Source: Candidatus Krumholzibacteriota bacterium
GTDB lineage: Bacteria; Krumholzibacteriota; Krumholzibacteriia; JAJRXK01
NCBI GenBank assembly: GCA_963806035.1
Contig: CAWDWO010000011.1
Location: forward strand, 52,899 to 116,898
Length of the DNA stretch: 64,000 nucleotides
Reading direction: 5' to 3'
Below, piece after piece: positions 19,480 to 29,878 of this stretch. The first letter of the stretch is position 1. Each line of letters starts with the position of its first letter. Made by a program: the position numbers and the translations under genes. Below the pieces are notes generated by a model. It was not told the DNA's origin. It searched no databases and was given only the letters and a program-made list of their open reading frames with translations.

Positions 19480-20130
19480 TCACTCGGCCAGTCCGGCGCG
19501 CCGGATCGATTCCCAACTCAATTCGCCGGAACCCGTATCGGCGGCATGTAGATATCGTTGAAGATACTTGCCCAGAATGTCGGTTTCCAGGTTAACCGCA
19601 TCTCCCACTTTCTTTGCGGCCAAGGTCGTCTCGGCCAGAGTGTGGGGGATGAGAAAAACTTCGAAGCTGTCGTGACTCAAGTTCGGGCCCACGGTGAGGC
19701 TGATTCCGTCGAGAGCCACGCTCCCCTTGGGAACCATCTGCGCGACCAGGGCGGCTTCGCTGGAGAAGCGCCAGTGCTCGGCCTCCCCCATTTCGCGCCG
19801 AAAGACCACACGGGCCACGCCGTCCACGTGACCCTGCACGAAGTGTCCTCCCATGGCTTCTCCCGCGGCCACGGGAAGCTCGAGATTCACCTTTGAACCC
19901 GTCTTCAAGGAGCCGAGAGTCGTCACGCGGAGCGTTTCCGCCATCGCCTCTACCGTGAAATCCGAGCCACCGAGTTCGACGACGGTCTGACAGACCCCGT
20001 CCAGAGCCACACTCGCACCCAGAGTCAAGCGGGGGGCCAGCTTGGCGTTGCGAATGGTGAGGACGCGGTCTTTCGAAGTGCTTCGCAGCGACACGACCTC
20101 GCCAATTCCCTGGATGATTCCCGTGAACAT
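19480..20130 (-). CDS. ribE: Riboflavin synthase
   Basis: MFTGII N-terminus, [30 protein letters not shown]. Confidence 0.96.
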   Translation of the reverse strand: MFTGIIQGIGEVVSLRSTSKDRVLTIRNAKLAPRLTLGASVALDGVCQTVVELGGSDFTVEAMAETLRVTTLGSLKTGSKVNLELPVAAGEAMGGHFVQGHVDGVARVVFRREMGEAEHWRFSSEAALVAQMVPKGSVALDGISLTVGPNLSHDSFEVFLIPHTLAETTLAAKKVGDAVNLETDILGKYLQRYLHAADTGSGELSWESIRRAGLAE

Positions 20131-20190
20131 GACTCCACTTCCACGAGGACTTTCGATCGAGGCCGAGCATTCGAGGAACGAGCCCGGGTC

Positions 20191-21297
20191 TCAGATGCGC
20201 GGCAGTCCTCTTTTCCGCAAAATCCACTCGCTGTCCTCGCCGCGACGGCGGAGAAGATAGCTCTCCCACCTGCTTTCCGCCCCCGCCCAGAGGGCGGGGC
20301 CACCCCCGTCTCCGCCGAGTAGAACCGGAGCGCAAAAGAGATGGAGGCGATCCACTAAGCCTTTGGAAATAAAGTGCGTTGCGGTCGTCCATCCACCCTC
20401 GAGCATCACCTGTCCCAGGCCCATCTGGTGCAGATGCTGAAGGATCTCCTTCCCTTCAAGTTCACCATTGGGCCCGGCATTGCAAGCCACGAGTTCGTTT
20501 CCCGCTGCCCGCAAAGGCTCCCCGCGCTCTTCGATCGCGTCCTCGGTGCAGAAGATCAACCAGGGGGCATCGCCGGAGCCGAGCTGATCCGGCAACAGGG
20601 ACAGATGAGGATCGATGACCGCCCGTCTCGGCTGCCGCAGGGTCGGCACCCCGCGCACGTCGAGGGCCGGACGATCCCACAGCGCGGTACGGCGTCCGAC
20701 CAAAATCACGCTGGCTCTTGCGCGCATGCGATGGACCATGCGATGAGCGCTCTCACCGGTGATGCGCCGCTGCCCGGGATCCTTCAAGGGACGGTTGGCT
20801 CGCGCCATCCTGCCATCCAAACTCATCGCAATCTTCACGGTGAGATGAGCGCGCGCGCCGCCTTCGGTCTCAAAGAAGGCGTGGTTCAGCTCCCAGGCGC
20901 CCTTCGCCATGAGCCCCTCTTCTACCGCGATGCCCTGCGAGCGGAGCCAGTCTCCTCCACCTCCTCGAACGCGCGGATTGCGATCGGCAAGCGCGTAGAC
21001 CACGCGCGAAACGCCGGCCTCGAGCAGCGCTTTTGAACAGGGAGGGGTACGGCCGGTGTGGTGACACGGCTCGAGGCTCACATAGAGCGTGCTTCCGCGC
21101 GCCTTCTCCGCGGCCCGTCTGAGCGCTTCGACCTCGGCATGCGCGCTGCCGGCCTTCTCGTGGGCGCCTTCGCCCACCACTTCGCCCTCACGGACGAGCA
21201 CCGCTCCCACCGCCGGGTTTGGCCAGGTACCGCCGGCGCGACGAGCCGCCAGAGTCAGTGCCCGGCGCATCCAGTGCTCATCGCAATGCAAGGTCAA
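20191..21297 (-). CDS. ribD: Bifunctional riboflavin deaminase/reductase RibD
   Basis: PNPAVGAV, HAE, SLEPCHHTGRTPPC, KIAMSLDG, MLEGG. Confidence 0.95.
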   Translation of the reverse strand: MTLHCDEHWMRRALTLAARRAGGTWPNPAVGAVLVREGEVVGEGAHEKAGSAHAEVEALRRAAEKARGSTLYVSLEPCHHTGRTPPCSKALLEAGVSRVVYALADRNPRVRGGGGDWLRSQGIAVEEGLMAKGAWELNHAFFETEGGARAHLTVKIAMSLDGRMARANRPLKDPGQRRITGESAHRMVHRMRARASVILVGRRTALWDRPALDVRGVPTLRQPRRAVIDPHLSLLPDQLGSGDAPWLIFCTEDAIEERGEPLRAAGNELVACNAGPNGELEGKEILQHLHQMGLGQVMLEGGWTTATHFISKGLVDRLHLFCAPVLLGGDGGGPALWAGAESRWESYLLRRRGEDSEWILRKRGLPRI

Positions 21298-21326
21298 CTC
21301 TCTCCCGGTGGAAAGGGGGCGATCCC

Positions 21327-22268
21327 CTATTCGAGCTCTTCACTCTGTAGATGGAAGAGACCCTCCGCGAACTCTCCGGCGTCGAAGAGCGCGAAGTCCT
21401 CGACGCCTTCCCCCGTGCCGACGTAACGCACGGGGATCTCGAGCGCCTGCGCGATCGCAACCACGATTCCCCCTTTGGCGGAGCCATCCAGTTTGCTCAA
21501 GAAGATGGAGTCGATGGGGACCACGCCGGAAAACTCGCGAGCTTGGGCAATGCCGTTCTGGCCGGTGTTGGCGTCGATGCAGAGGATGGTTTCGTGGGGC
21601 GCGCCCTCGACCTGACGGCCACACACTCGCGCGATCTTCTCGAGTTCGCGCATCAGTCCTTCCTTGTTGTGCAATCGTCCTGCCGTATCCACGATGACCA
21701 CGTCGCGACCTTTGGCTTTTGCCGAAGCAAGAGCGTCGAAAGCAACGGATGCGGGATCGGATCCCATGGCCTGCTTCACGATATCCACGCCGACTCTCTC
21801 CGCCCAGGTCGTGAGCTGATCGACGGCGGCCGCGCGGAAGGTGTCGGCCGCGGCCAACAGGACCTTTCTTCCCCGTTCCTGGTGGAAGTGCGCGAGTTTG
21901 GCGATGGAGGTGGTCTTCCCCACCCCGTTGACGCCCACCATCAGGATCACGTGCGGAGGGCCCGCCAGTTCCACTTCCGATCCGGAACTCCCTCCGACCA
22001 GCTGCGCGACGTCCTCGCGCAGAACCCGGGTGACGTCCGCGAGCTGAGCCTTGGCTCCCTCCTCCTTCAGCCGCTTGCGCAAGCTCTCGGCCAGGGTGGT
22101 GGAGGCCTCCACTCCCACGTCGGCTGCGATGAGGATCTCCTCGACCTCCTCGAGAAACTCCTCGGTGAGATACACCTCGCGCCGCAATGCGGCACCGATG
22201 CGGCTCACCACTTGTTCCGAGGTCTTTCCTAGACTCTTGCGCAGATTGCGCAGTGCGCCAAATACCAC
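21327..22268 (-). CDS. ftsY: SRP receptor FtsY
   Basis: GVNGVGKTT, DTFRAAA, DTAGRL, SKLDGSAKGG; GTG start at 22268. Confidence 0.97.
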   Translation of the reverse strand: MVFGALRNLRKSLGKTSEQVVSRIGAALRREVYLTEEFLEEVEEILIAADVGVEASTTLAESLRKRLKEEGAKAQLADVTRVLREDVAQLVGGSSGSEVELAGPPHVILMVGVNGVGKTTSIAKLAHFHQERGRKVLLAAADTFRAAAVDQLTTWAERVGVDIVKQAMGSDPASVAFDALASAKAKGRDVVIVDTAGRLHNKEGLMRELEKIARVCGRQVEGAPHETILCIDANTGQNGIAQAREFSGVVPIDSIFLSKLDGSAKGGIVVAIAQALEIPVRYVGTGEGVEDFALFDAGEFAEGLFHLQSEELE

Positions 22269-22272
22269 CGGC

Positions 22273-25200
22273 CTACCCTTCCCCCTCCATCTGCCGCAAC
22301 TCACGGTCGTTCGCCTGAGAGTCCACGCTCGCGGTCGCGAGACGCTCGCCCGGGCTGAGTTCCTGCTCCCGCTTCTTGGCCGCGCTCTCGAGAGCCTCGA
22401 GAGGATCATCCGCGTCCAGCTCCTCGAAGCTCACGGAAACCAGACGGCTGACGCCGCTCTCCTCCATGGTGACGCCGTAGAGATGGTCGGCCGCTTCCAT
22501 GGAGAGCTTGTTGTGGGTGATCACGATGAACTGGGTGTGCTCCTGAAAACGCTCGATGAGCCGTACGAAACGGCTGATGTTCAAGTCGTCCAGGGGCGCA
22601 TCGACCTCGTCCAGGATACAGAACGGGCTCGGCTTGATCAGATACACCGAAAAGAGCAGGGCAATCGCGGTCAGCGCGCGTTCGCCACCGGAGAGCAACG
22701 CCACCGAATCGATCTTCTTGCCCTTGGGCCGCGCAATGATCTGGATGTCGGCCTCCAGGGGATCGTCCGCCGCAAGCAACTCGAGATCGGCCTCTCCCCC
22801 CTCGAACAAGGTCGTGAAGATCTCACGGAAGTTCTCTCGCACCGATTCGAAAGTCTCACGGAAGAGGGTGCGCGCGGTGCGGTTGATCTTGTCGATGGCT
22901 TTGAGCAGGTGCTCTTTGCTCTCCAGGAGATCGTCCCGCTGCTTCTCCAAGAACTCCAGCCTCACCTTTTTCTGATCGTATTCCTCCATCGCGGCGAAGT
23001 TCACCGGACCCAGTTTGTCGATCTTCGTCCTGCGATCCTCCAGGAGCTCCAGGATTTGCTCCATGGGGTAGCTGTCGTCCTCCTTGATGAGCTCCTTGGG
23101 TAGTTCCTCCGGGTTCAAGGCGGCGAAGCCGGACTCGATGTCCACACGGTACTTCTCTTGAATGCGCTCCTCGAAGTTGTCGATGGTGAGGCGGTTCTTG
23201 GTGATCGTGTTTTCCACCTCGCCCAAGGCCTTCTCTTTCGCGCGCTGCCGTTCGGAAATCTCGCGCATCTTTTCCTGCGCCTTTTCCAGTTCCGCGCGAC
23301 GGCCATCCACGGTCTCACGCAATCCGCGCATTTCCTCCTCGCGCCGTTCCCTCTCCTGGAACAAGGCACCCAGCGTTCCTTCGTGCTCGGTCCGCTGAGA
23401 ACGCCAGGCTCCCATCTGCTCCGTCAAGCTGGCATCCTCTTCGCGCAGGCGGCTGGAGCGAGCGTCGAGGTCCTGTTGCATGGCCCGTAGCCGGTGCAAG
23501 CGGCTTTCGAGCTCTCGCGCCTCCCCTTCGCGTTGAGTCAGCACCAACCTTGCCTGCGCGTGAGCCTCCGCGGCGTTGCCGCGTTCTTCCTCTTGAAACC
23601 GCACTTTTTCTGCCAGCTCACTCACTTTTTCGCGTGAAGCAGCCTGGTCCACGTCGTGCAAACCCAGACCGCGCTGCATGCTCTCCAGATGAGCGAAGAG
23701 ATCCGCGAGCCGGCTTCTCACGTCTTCGTGCTCGGCCGTGAGATTCTCGAGATTGTGTTCCTCGTGCTGGAGGGCGCTACGCTTGGAGGCCGCCAACTGA
23801 GCTGCCTCTTTCACTTCGTCCTGCACCGAACGCAGCTGCTGCAAGGCCTTGGCGCGAGCTTCTCGTACTTCGGAACGTCGTTTCTCCGAACTTCCCAGGG
23901 CCTCGACCTTCTCGTGGAGGCGGGAGCGCAGCTTCTCCACCTCCTCCGCCAGACTCTCCACCTGCTCCTTGCGTCCGAAGAGGGAGAGCTCCCGCTTCTT
24001 GCCCACTCCGCCGCGGACCAGGCCGTCCGATCGTATGAAGAGACCCTCTTTCGCGAGGAAGGAGACGCCGTCGCCCGCGTGCTTCAGGGCCGCGTCGACC
24101 GCATCCTGCGCGGTGTCCACCACGCGAACCTGCCCGAGCCAGGAACGAAGGTGTTGGCTCTCCATCCCGCGAACGCGGACCAGCTGCAGAGCCGGCTGTC
24201 CGGGCAGGCTCGGTTTTTCGGCCGTACCCATCGCGCCGTTGCCCAGATCGACGAGGAAGGAGCCCTGTCCCAGGTTCTCGTTCGTGAGTCGCGAAGCGAG
24301 CTCTTGGGCATGCTCGAGCTCGTCCACCAGCAGCGCATCCGCATCCTCGCCGAAGAGCAATTCGAATGCGGTCTCATATCCCTTCGCCACGGTCAGGGTC
24401 TCGGCGAGAGCCCCTCGCAGTGCACGCCGCGAAGTATCATCCTTCAGGAGTGCAGCGGCTCCGCTGCGATACCCTTCGTATTCGGCCGCGATGCGCGCTG
24501 CAATTTCGTGCCGGCTCTCCGCCCGAGCCAGATCGTCCGCCGCAGATGCGCGATCATCCAGAGCCCGGTCGACCATCCGGTCGGCAAGTTCTTCGGCGTC
24601 GCGGTGCCGCGCGATCTCGGCTTCGATCTCGGAGTATTGCGTTTCGAGAGCGGTGAGATTTTGCTCCACCTCCACGAGTTCTTCCCGCAGGACATTGCGT
24701 TGTCCTTCGTTCTCGCGCAGTTTGGCCTCGAGACTCTTTTCTCTTTCGTTCAGGGACTGGATCCTGGTCTCCTGCGTCGCGACGTCTTTTTTCCGCTCAG
24801 CCTCCTCCTGCAGGAAACTGAGACTCAATTGTTGGGCTTCGGCGAGAGAGTTCCGGGATTGCTCGTAGAGCTGAGTCGCTGAGCGCAGCGCGGACTCCTT
24901 GACCGCGGTATCTTCTCGCGTCGCCTCGAGCTGCTTTTGCAGTTGCTCCTGTTCGGCCACCGCTTCTGTGAGTTCGCTCTCGATTTCGGCGGCACGCTCC
25001 TGGGTGCGAGCGCGCTCTTGCGCCAGCTCTTCCAGGCGGCGTCCGCCGCTCTCCAGGCGTTCCTTCAGCACTAGCAGCTCGCCTTCGAGCTGCTTCAACT
25101 TCGCTTCCACCCGCGAGAAGTCGTGCTCCTTCTGGCGGCGTTCACCCTCGAGGGTATCGATCGCCGGGCGCATTTCCTCGATCGCCGCGCGTGTCTTGGA

Positions 25201-25986
25201 GAGCTCCGCGTCCTCCCCCGATCCTTCCACCTTGAGAACTTCGATTCTCTCCTGCAGTTCGCTCAGTTCCCTGCGAAGCGACTTGGTCTCGTGATGAGCG
25301 CGGATGATTTCCAGAGACTTGAGTTCGCCAAAGATACGCTTGTGACGGCGAGCCTTGCCGACCTGGCGCGCGAGGCTTCTCACCTGGTGTCCGATTTCGT
25401 CGATGATGTCTTCGACTCGCAGGAGGTCTCGCTCGGTGAGATCCAGTTTGCGCAGAGCTTCCTTCCGCTTCGCTTTGTAACGAACGACGCCCGAACCCTC
25501 TTCGAGGATGCTACGAACTTTGTTTTCGCTGGGGTTGAGAACCTGACCCACCATCTCCTGCTCGATGATGGAGTAGGCGTTGTTCCCTGCACCAGTGTCG
25601 TAAAGAAGGTCCTTGAGATCCTTCAGGCGGCACGGTGTCTTGTTGAGAAAGTAGTCGCTGCCGCCGTCGCGCGAGACGCGCCTCGTGATCGCCACTTCGT
25701 CGTATTCGATGTTCAACCTGCCGGTCGTGTTGTCGAAGACGAGGGTGACTTCGGCGGTAGAGAGCGGCTTGCGCTTCGTGCTGCCCTTGAAGATGACGTC
25801 TTCCATCTTCTCGCCGCGTAGCTGCTTGGGACTCTGTTCACCCAGCACCCAGCGCACCGCATCCACGACGTTGCTCTTGCCGCAGCCGTTGGGGCCCAGG
25901 ATGGAAGTCACTCCGTCGCGAAAATCGAGAACTGTACGATCCATGAAGGACTTGAAGCCCACCATCTCCACCCGTTTCAGTCTCAC
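22273..25986 (-). CDS. smc: Chromosome segregation protein SMC
   Basis: GFKSF, GPNGCGKSN, long coiled coil with hinge, LSGGE, CILDEVDAPLD, ITH; GTG start at 25986 with strong SD. Confidence 0.97.
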   Translation of the reverse strand: MRLKRVEMVGFKSFMDRTVLDFRDGVTSILGPNGCGKSNVVDAVRWVLGEQSPKQLRGEKMEDVIFKGSTKRKPLSTAEVTLVFDNTTGRLNIEYDEVAITRRVSRDGGSDYFLNKTPCRLKDLKDLLYDTGAGNNAYSIIEQEMVGQVLNPSENKVRSILEEGSGVVRYKAKRKEALRKLDLTERDLLRVEDIIDEIGHQVRSLARQVGKARRHKRIFGELKSLEIIRAHHETKSLRRELSELQERIEVLKVEGSGEDAELSKTRAAIEEMRPAIDTLEGERRQKEHDFSRVEAKLKQLEGELLVLKERLESGGRRLEELAQERARTQERAAEIESELTEAVAEQEQLQKQLEATREDTAVKESALRSATQLYEQSRNSLAEAQQLSLSFLQEEAERKKDVATQETRIQSLNEREKSLEAKLRENEGQRNVLREELVEVEQNLTALETQYSEIEAEIARHRDAEELADRMVDRALDDRASAADDLARAESRHEIAARIAAEYEGYRSGAAALLKDDTSRRALRGALAETLTVAKGYETAFELLFGEDADALLVDELEHAQELASRLTNENLGQGSFLVDLGNGAMGTAEKPSLPGQPALQLVRVRGMESQHLRSWLGQVRVVDTAQDAVDAALKHAGDGVSFLAKEGLFIRSDGLVRGGVGKKRELSLFGRKEQVESLAEEVEKLRSRLHEKVEALGSSEKRRSEVREARAKALQQLRSVQDEVKEAAQLAASKRSALQHEEHNLENLTAEHEDVRSRLADLFAHLESMQRGLGLHDVDQAASREKVSELAEKVRFQEEERGNAAEAHAQARLVLTQREGEARELESRLHRLRAMQQDLDARSSRLREEDASLTEQMGAWRSQRTEHEGTLGALFQERERREEEMRGLRETVDGRRAELEKAQEKMREISERQRAKEKALGEVENTITKNRLTIDNFEERIQEKYRVDIESGFAALNPEELPKELIKEDDSYPMEQILELLEDRRTKIDKLGPVNFAAMEEYDQKKVRLEFLEKQRDDLLESKEHLLKAIDKINRTARTLFRETFESVRENFREIFTTLFEGGEADLELLAADDPLEADIQIIARPKGKKIDSVALLSGGERALTAIALLFSVYLIKPSPFCILDEVDAPLDDLNISRFVRLIERFQEHTQFIVITHNKLSMEAADHLYGVTMEESGVSRLVSVSFEELDADDPLEALESAAKKREQELSPGERLATASVDSQANDRELRQMEGEG

Positions 25987-26035
25987 GCTGTCCTTCTCCT
26001 CATGTTGAAGCAATCCAATTTGCTGACGAGAGAGT

Positions 26036-27573
26036 TCATTGAGCCACTCTCACCACACCTACATAGTCCACGTCCGGTCGCGACAAAAGAAGCTCGCGAG
26101 CCTCGAGAGCTTCCTTGCGGGTCGGATAGTCACCCACGATTACCCGGTACCAGGTTCCCTTCCCCGGAATCTCCGCCGACACCACGACGGGCGAAAGCCC
26201 GGCCTTGCGCAACTTGGCCAAAGAAGGAAGAGTCTGAAGTGAATCGGGGAAACTCCACGGATGGAGGGCATACCCCTTCTCCGGCCGAAGCCTCAACCTC
26301 GCCAATGCCACCGAGTCCGCCGGCGCGACGCTCTCCTCTTCGCTCGCGGCGGGCCCTTTCTCGGGCGCGGGCCGCGACGCGCTCATCTCCGCGGGCACAG
26401 CTTGGGCTGGCTTCTCCTCCGGGGTCAAGATAGCCGATTTGAGGCTGTCAGGGGGTACCGAATCGATTGCGGCCGAAGACATCTCGGCCGCCGCGGCGGC
26501 GTTCGAATCGGGCCCGGCGGGCGGCGGAAGCTCTGAGTTCGTCCCCTGGGCCGCCAATTCCTGGCTTCGATGGGGCATTTCGCCGCTCGTTTGAACCGAG
26601 GGGCTCTGAGTCCACTGGATCGTGGCCCACGCACCCACGAAACCGACCAGGATCAAGCCGATCCCCAGAGCGATGCGGCGGAAGAGAACACTACTCTGAT
26701 GGGGAGGGTGGCTTCTTCCGTAGGGAGAGGAGCCGACGTGACGAACCCTGGGCTCGATCACAGGCTCGGGCTTCTCCGGCGCGGCGGCCACGGCTTCCCT
26801 CATGGACCCTTGGGGCGCGGCCTCGGGAAACGCCATGACCCCGAAGATGGGGACACTGCTCTCCATGAGATCTTCCGCGAGACCCTCGAAGCGATCCCTG
26901 GCCTCTCCTTTGAGGGTGAGCCCCAACAGGACACCGTCGCCGTACGAGAAGAGCGGGTTGCATTCGCCCTGCGCGTTGCGGGCGGGGGCCGTGATCAACA
27001 CGAAATCCCAGAGCGCCTTGAGTTGCCGCAGCGCTCCCTTCAATTCTTCATTGCTCAGCGGTTCGCTCTCGCGCGGCCGGTAACTGCCGACACCCATGAG
27101 GTCGACGTTGTTCACCCGACCGCTTGCAGGGTCGAGCGCGGCGAGGTGCCGTAACGCGCGAGGTCCAAGAATCCCTCGTGCCCGAGTTCACCCAACCACT
27201 CCCCGGGTCCGTCTTCTTCGAACTCTCCGTCCACCAGCAGGACGCGCGCCCCTCCTTCGGCCAGGAGCCGCGCCAGCTGGAAGGCGAGATAAGTTCGCGC
27301 TCGCGCGTTTGTCTGGTCATCACCAACGATGGTGACCAGGCCTTCGCCGGCGCTCGCGTGCGCGCGCAAACCCTCGGCGACGAGACGAAATTCTTCCAGA
27401 TGAGCGCCGTCGAGCAGCTCATCGATACTGCCAGCTTCCGGATTGGCCGACGAATATCCGAGGTGATAAAAACCCGATTGCGCCCGGCCCAGCGTGTCGC
27501 GGATCCACACACCGGCCTCTTCGACACCCTCCCCGCGAGAGGAGTTCAACGGGCCCTGCTTGTCTTCCTTCAC
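26036..27573 (-). CDS. Degenerate BY-kinase/ParA-like P-loop domain + TM helix + low-complexity linker + SPOR domain (one gene, frameshift near 27115)
   Basis: LAFQLARLLAEGGARVLLVDGEF...GFLDLARY...TLQAVG|VNNVDLMGVG...LKALWDFVLITAP...YGDGVLL...VPIFGVM, then TM, then SPOR (GKGTWYRVIVGDYPTRKEA). Adding one G at GGG|TGA (27113-27117) joins the two ORFs. Confidence 0.75.
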
Positions 27574-29004
27574 GACGATGTTCCCCCCCTCGCGACTCGA
27601 AAAGATGATGCGGTCGGCGAGTGGCGTGAGATCGCTTTCACGCAGAGTGCGGAAATCGATACGAATGACTCCCTGAGCGATCGAAGTCAAGACCGCGGGG
27701 CGGCCGCGTCTGAGGCGAGCATGCAGCCTCTCCGCACTGGTCTCCTCCGGCCCCTCGAGGTGGAGTTGAATGCTGTCCACGGGACGCTGCGCGAACGAGC
27801 CACCCCCCACTGCCGCCTCACCTTTCACGACCTTGCACTTCCAGCCCTCCGGGAGCGCCGCTTTCAATTCGAGTTCGAGCCGCGCGGCGCGTCTCTTGAG
27901 CTCGGTCTTGCTCAAGCGAAGCGCGTCCAGCAGCGGAATCTCGGGAGCCCCACTGCCGCGCCCGTACTCTTTCAGAGTGGCCTCGAGCGCGGCCAAAATC
28001 AGTTTGTCCAGACGCAAGGCCCGCATCATGGGATGCTTAGCCAGCTTGGAAACCAGCGCAGCCTCGCCCACGATGAGACCCGCCTGCGGACCTCCCAGGA
28101 GCTTGTCTCCACTGAAGCTGACGAGCTGTGCTCCCGAGCTCAGGGCCTGGTCGATCGTCGACTCTCCCTTCAGGCCGAACTTCGCAAAGTTATAGAGGCA
28201 ACCACTACCTGCGTCAAAGACCAGACGAGCTTCCCGCTCGCGCGCCAGTGCACCGAGTTCTTCGAGTGAAGCTTCCTCGGTGAATCCCTTCACCTCATAG
28301 TTGCTGGGATGAACCTTCAGGATCATGTCCCCGGCCCTCAGGACCTTTGCGTAGTCGGCAAGACCCGTCTTGTTGGTCGTTCCCACTTCGACGATCGTGG
28401 CCCCGGTGGTGCGAAGAAGCTCGGGCATGCGGAAGGACCCGCCGATCGCGACCTGCTCTCCCCGCGAGATGATCGCGCGACGCCCCCGCGCCAGCGCGTG
28501 AACGATCAGCCACAGAGCTCCGGCTCCGTTGTTCACCGCGAGTCCGGCCTCCGCACCCGTCAGAAGTTGGAGCCAACGCGAGACCGCGCTGATGCGGCTA
28601 CCCCGTTTCCCCGACTCCAGCTCGATTTCCAATGCCACCGGATCCTCCGCCACGCGCGCGAGTTCCGTTCGGGCCGCGATTCCCAGCCGGGCGCGCCCGA
28701 GGTTCGTATGCAGCAACACCCCACTCGCGTTGATCACGCTTTGAAGTTGAGGTTGCAGCAGATCGTCGACCTCCTGAACGAGACGCTCTTCGAGGTATCG
28801 GGTGAGTTTGGCCCGATTCAGCGGACCCGGACCGTAACGCCGGGTAAAGCTCTTCCCTCGCGAAAGGAAGGCGCGTTCCTCGGCGAGAACCTCGCGCCCC
28901 AAGCGCGTGAGCAGATCGCTGCGCAGACGGCGGCGAAGAGCGCGCACCGCGCGTCGTTTCAGGAGTTCATGAAGCGGCGGCAATTCCCGCCCGGGATGGC
29001 TCAT
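27570..29004 (-). CDS. selA: L-seryl-tRNA(Sec) selenium transferase (apparent frameshift at 3' end fuses it to the next gene)
   Basis: VINASGVLLHTNLGRA, VNNGAGAL, ISRGEQVAIGGSFRMP, EVGTTNKT, KVHPSNY, FSGDKLLGGPQAG (PLP Lys), RALRLDK. Removing one G from the G7 run (27583-27589) gives a TGA overlapping the next GTG. Confidence 0.93.
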
Positions 29005-29045
29005 ACCGGCGGAGCGATCCTTGATTGGAGAGCGTGGGCGGCGAC

Positions 29046-29075
29046 ACCCTAGCACAGGCGAAAAGGCAGCGTCAA
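29046..29075 (-). promoter_or_regulatory. Putative sigma70 promoter of selA
   Basis: TTGACG-18 bp-(TGc)TAGGGT. Confidence 0.5.
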
Positions 29076-29086
29076 ACGAGCGCGCG

Positions 29087-29115
29087 TTGACACCGTACAT
29101 TCCTGCCGGTAGCTT
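29087..29115 (+). promoter_or_regulatory. Putative sigma70 promoter of the TonB-family gene (back to back with the selA promoter)
   Basis: TTGACA-17 bp-TAGCTT. Confidence 0.6.
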
Positions 29116-29152
29116 GAAGCAGGACGCTCAATTGCTTGTCTGGACTCAGCTT

Positions 29153-29878
29153 ATGGAAACAGAACCCGCCTTTCGCCATGGCTCCTACGGCCGCAGAATT
29201 CTGTTGGCAGCCGGCGCAGCCCTGGTGGGTTTCGTCCTCGTCGCGATCCTCGGACCCGACGAGGATCGTCTGCAGCACCTGCTCTTCCATACCGGGGTCC
29301 AAGGCGAGCTGAGAATCCTTCCGGACATCGAGATCATCCGCGACCAAGATCCCGTGAGCCAGGACCCCAAACACAGGCGCGCCAGCGCCGCCAAAGGGCT
29401 CCAGGTCGACGTGGTCGATCGACCTCCCACTACCGTGGAGGTCGAGGACGCGACGCCCGTTCCTCCGCCTACGGGAGCCCCCGATTACACCATCGAGACG
29501 AAGGAGAAGCCCGAGGACGGGATTTCGCAGAGCGACGACGTCCGCGAGCAAGTACGAATGGTCAGGCCATCGCAACGCAGTCTCGACTTCGTTCTGATCA
29601 AGCTGGTACGGCCGCGTTACCCACCGGGCGTGGTCCTTCCCCGCCCCGTCTCGGTCGACGTGGCCATCTATGTAGAAAGCGACGGGACGGTCAGTGACGC
29701 CTACGTGACCCGCGGCGAGGGTGGGAAGGCCTTCGAAGAGGCCGCCCTGCGAGCAGTGCGCCAGTGGAAGTACCGCTACCTGGGTGAAGAGGGCAAGGCC
29801 GAACCGTTTTGGGACCAAGTTCGTTGGATCTTCAAACCTCCAGCGGCAGATGGCGCCGAGAAGGAACTGAAGCCCTAG
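29153..29878 (+). CDS. TonB family protein (N-terminal TM, C-terminal TonB_C domain)
   Basis: Single TM; VRPRYPPG...VDVAIYVESDGTVSDAYV...FEEAALRAVRQWKY; ATG at 29153. Confidence 0.85.
   Translation: METEPAFRHGSYGRRILLAAGAALVGFVLVAILGPDEDRLQHLLFHTGVQGELRILPDIEIIRDQDPVSQDPKHRRASAAKGLQVDVVDRPPTTVEVEDATPVPPPTGAPDYTIETKEKPEDGISQSDDVREQVRMVRPSQRSLDFVLIKLVRPRYPPGVVLPRPVSVDVAIYVESDGTVSDAYVTRGEGGKAFEEAALRAVRQWKYRYLGEEGKAEPFWDQVRWIFKPPAADGAEKELKP

Noticed and set aside
21298..21326. FMN riboswitch before the rib operon
   Set aside because: Only 29 bp separate ftsY and ribD, and no FMN consensus is seen.
27112..27114. UGA next to selA read as selenocysteine
   Set aside because: Read-through gives only 18 unremarkable codons before another stop; the homology continues in a different frame.
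27112..29100. SelA fused to a P-loop-like domain (662-aa ORF)
   Set aside because: Deleting one G from the G7 run gives a normal stop overlapping a GTG start with an SD, so the fusion is most likely an indel artefact.
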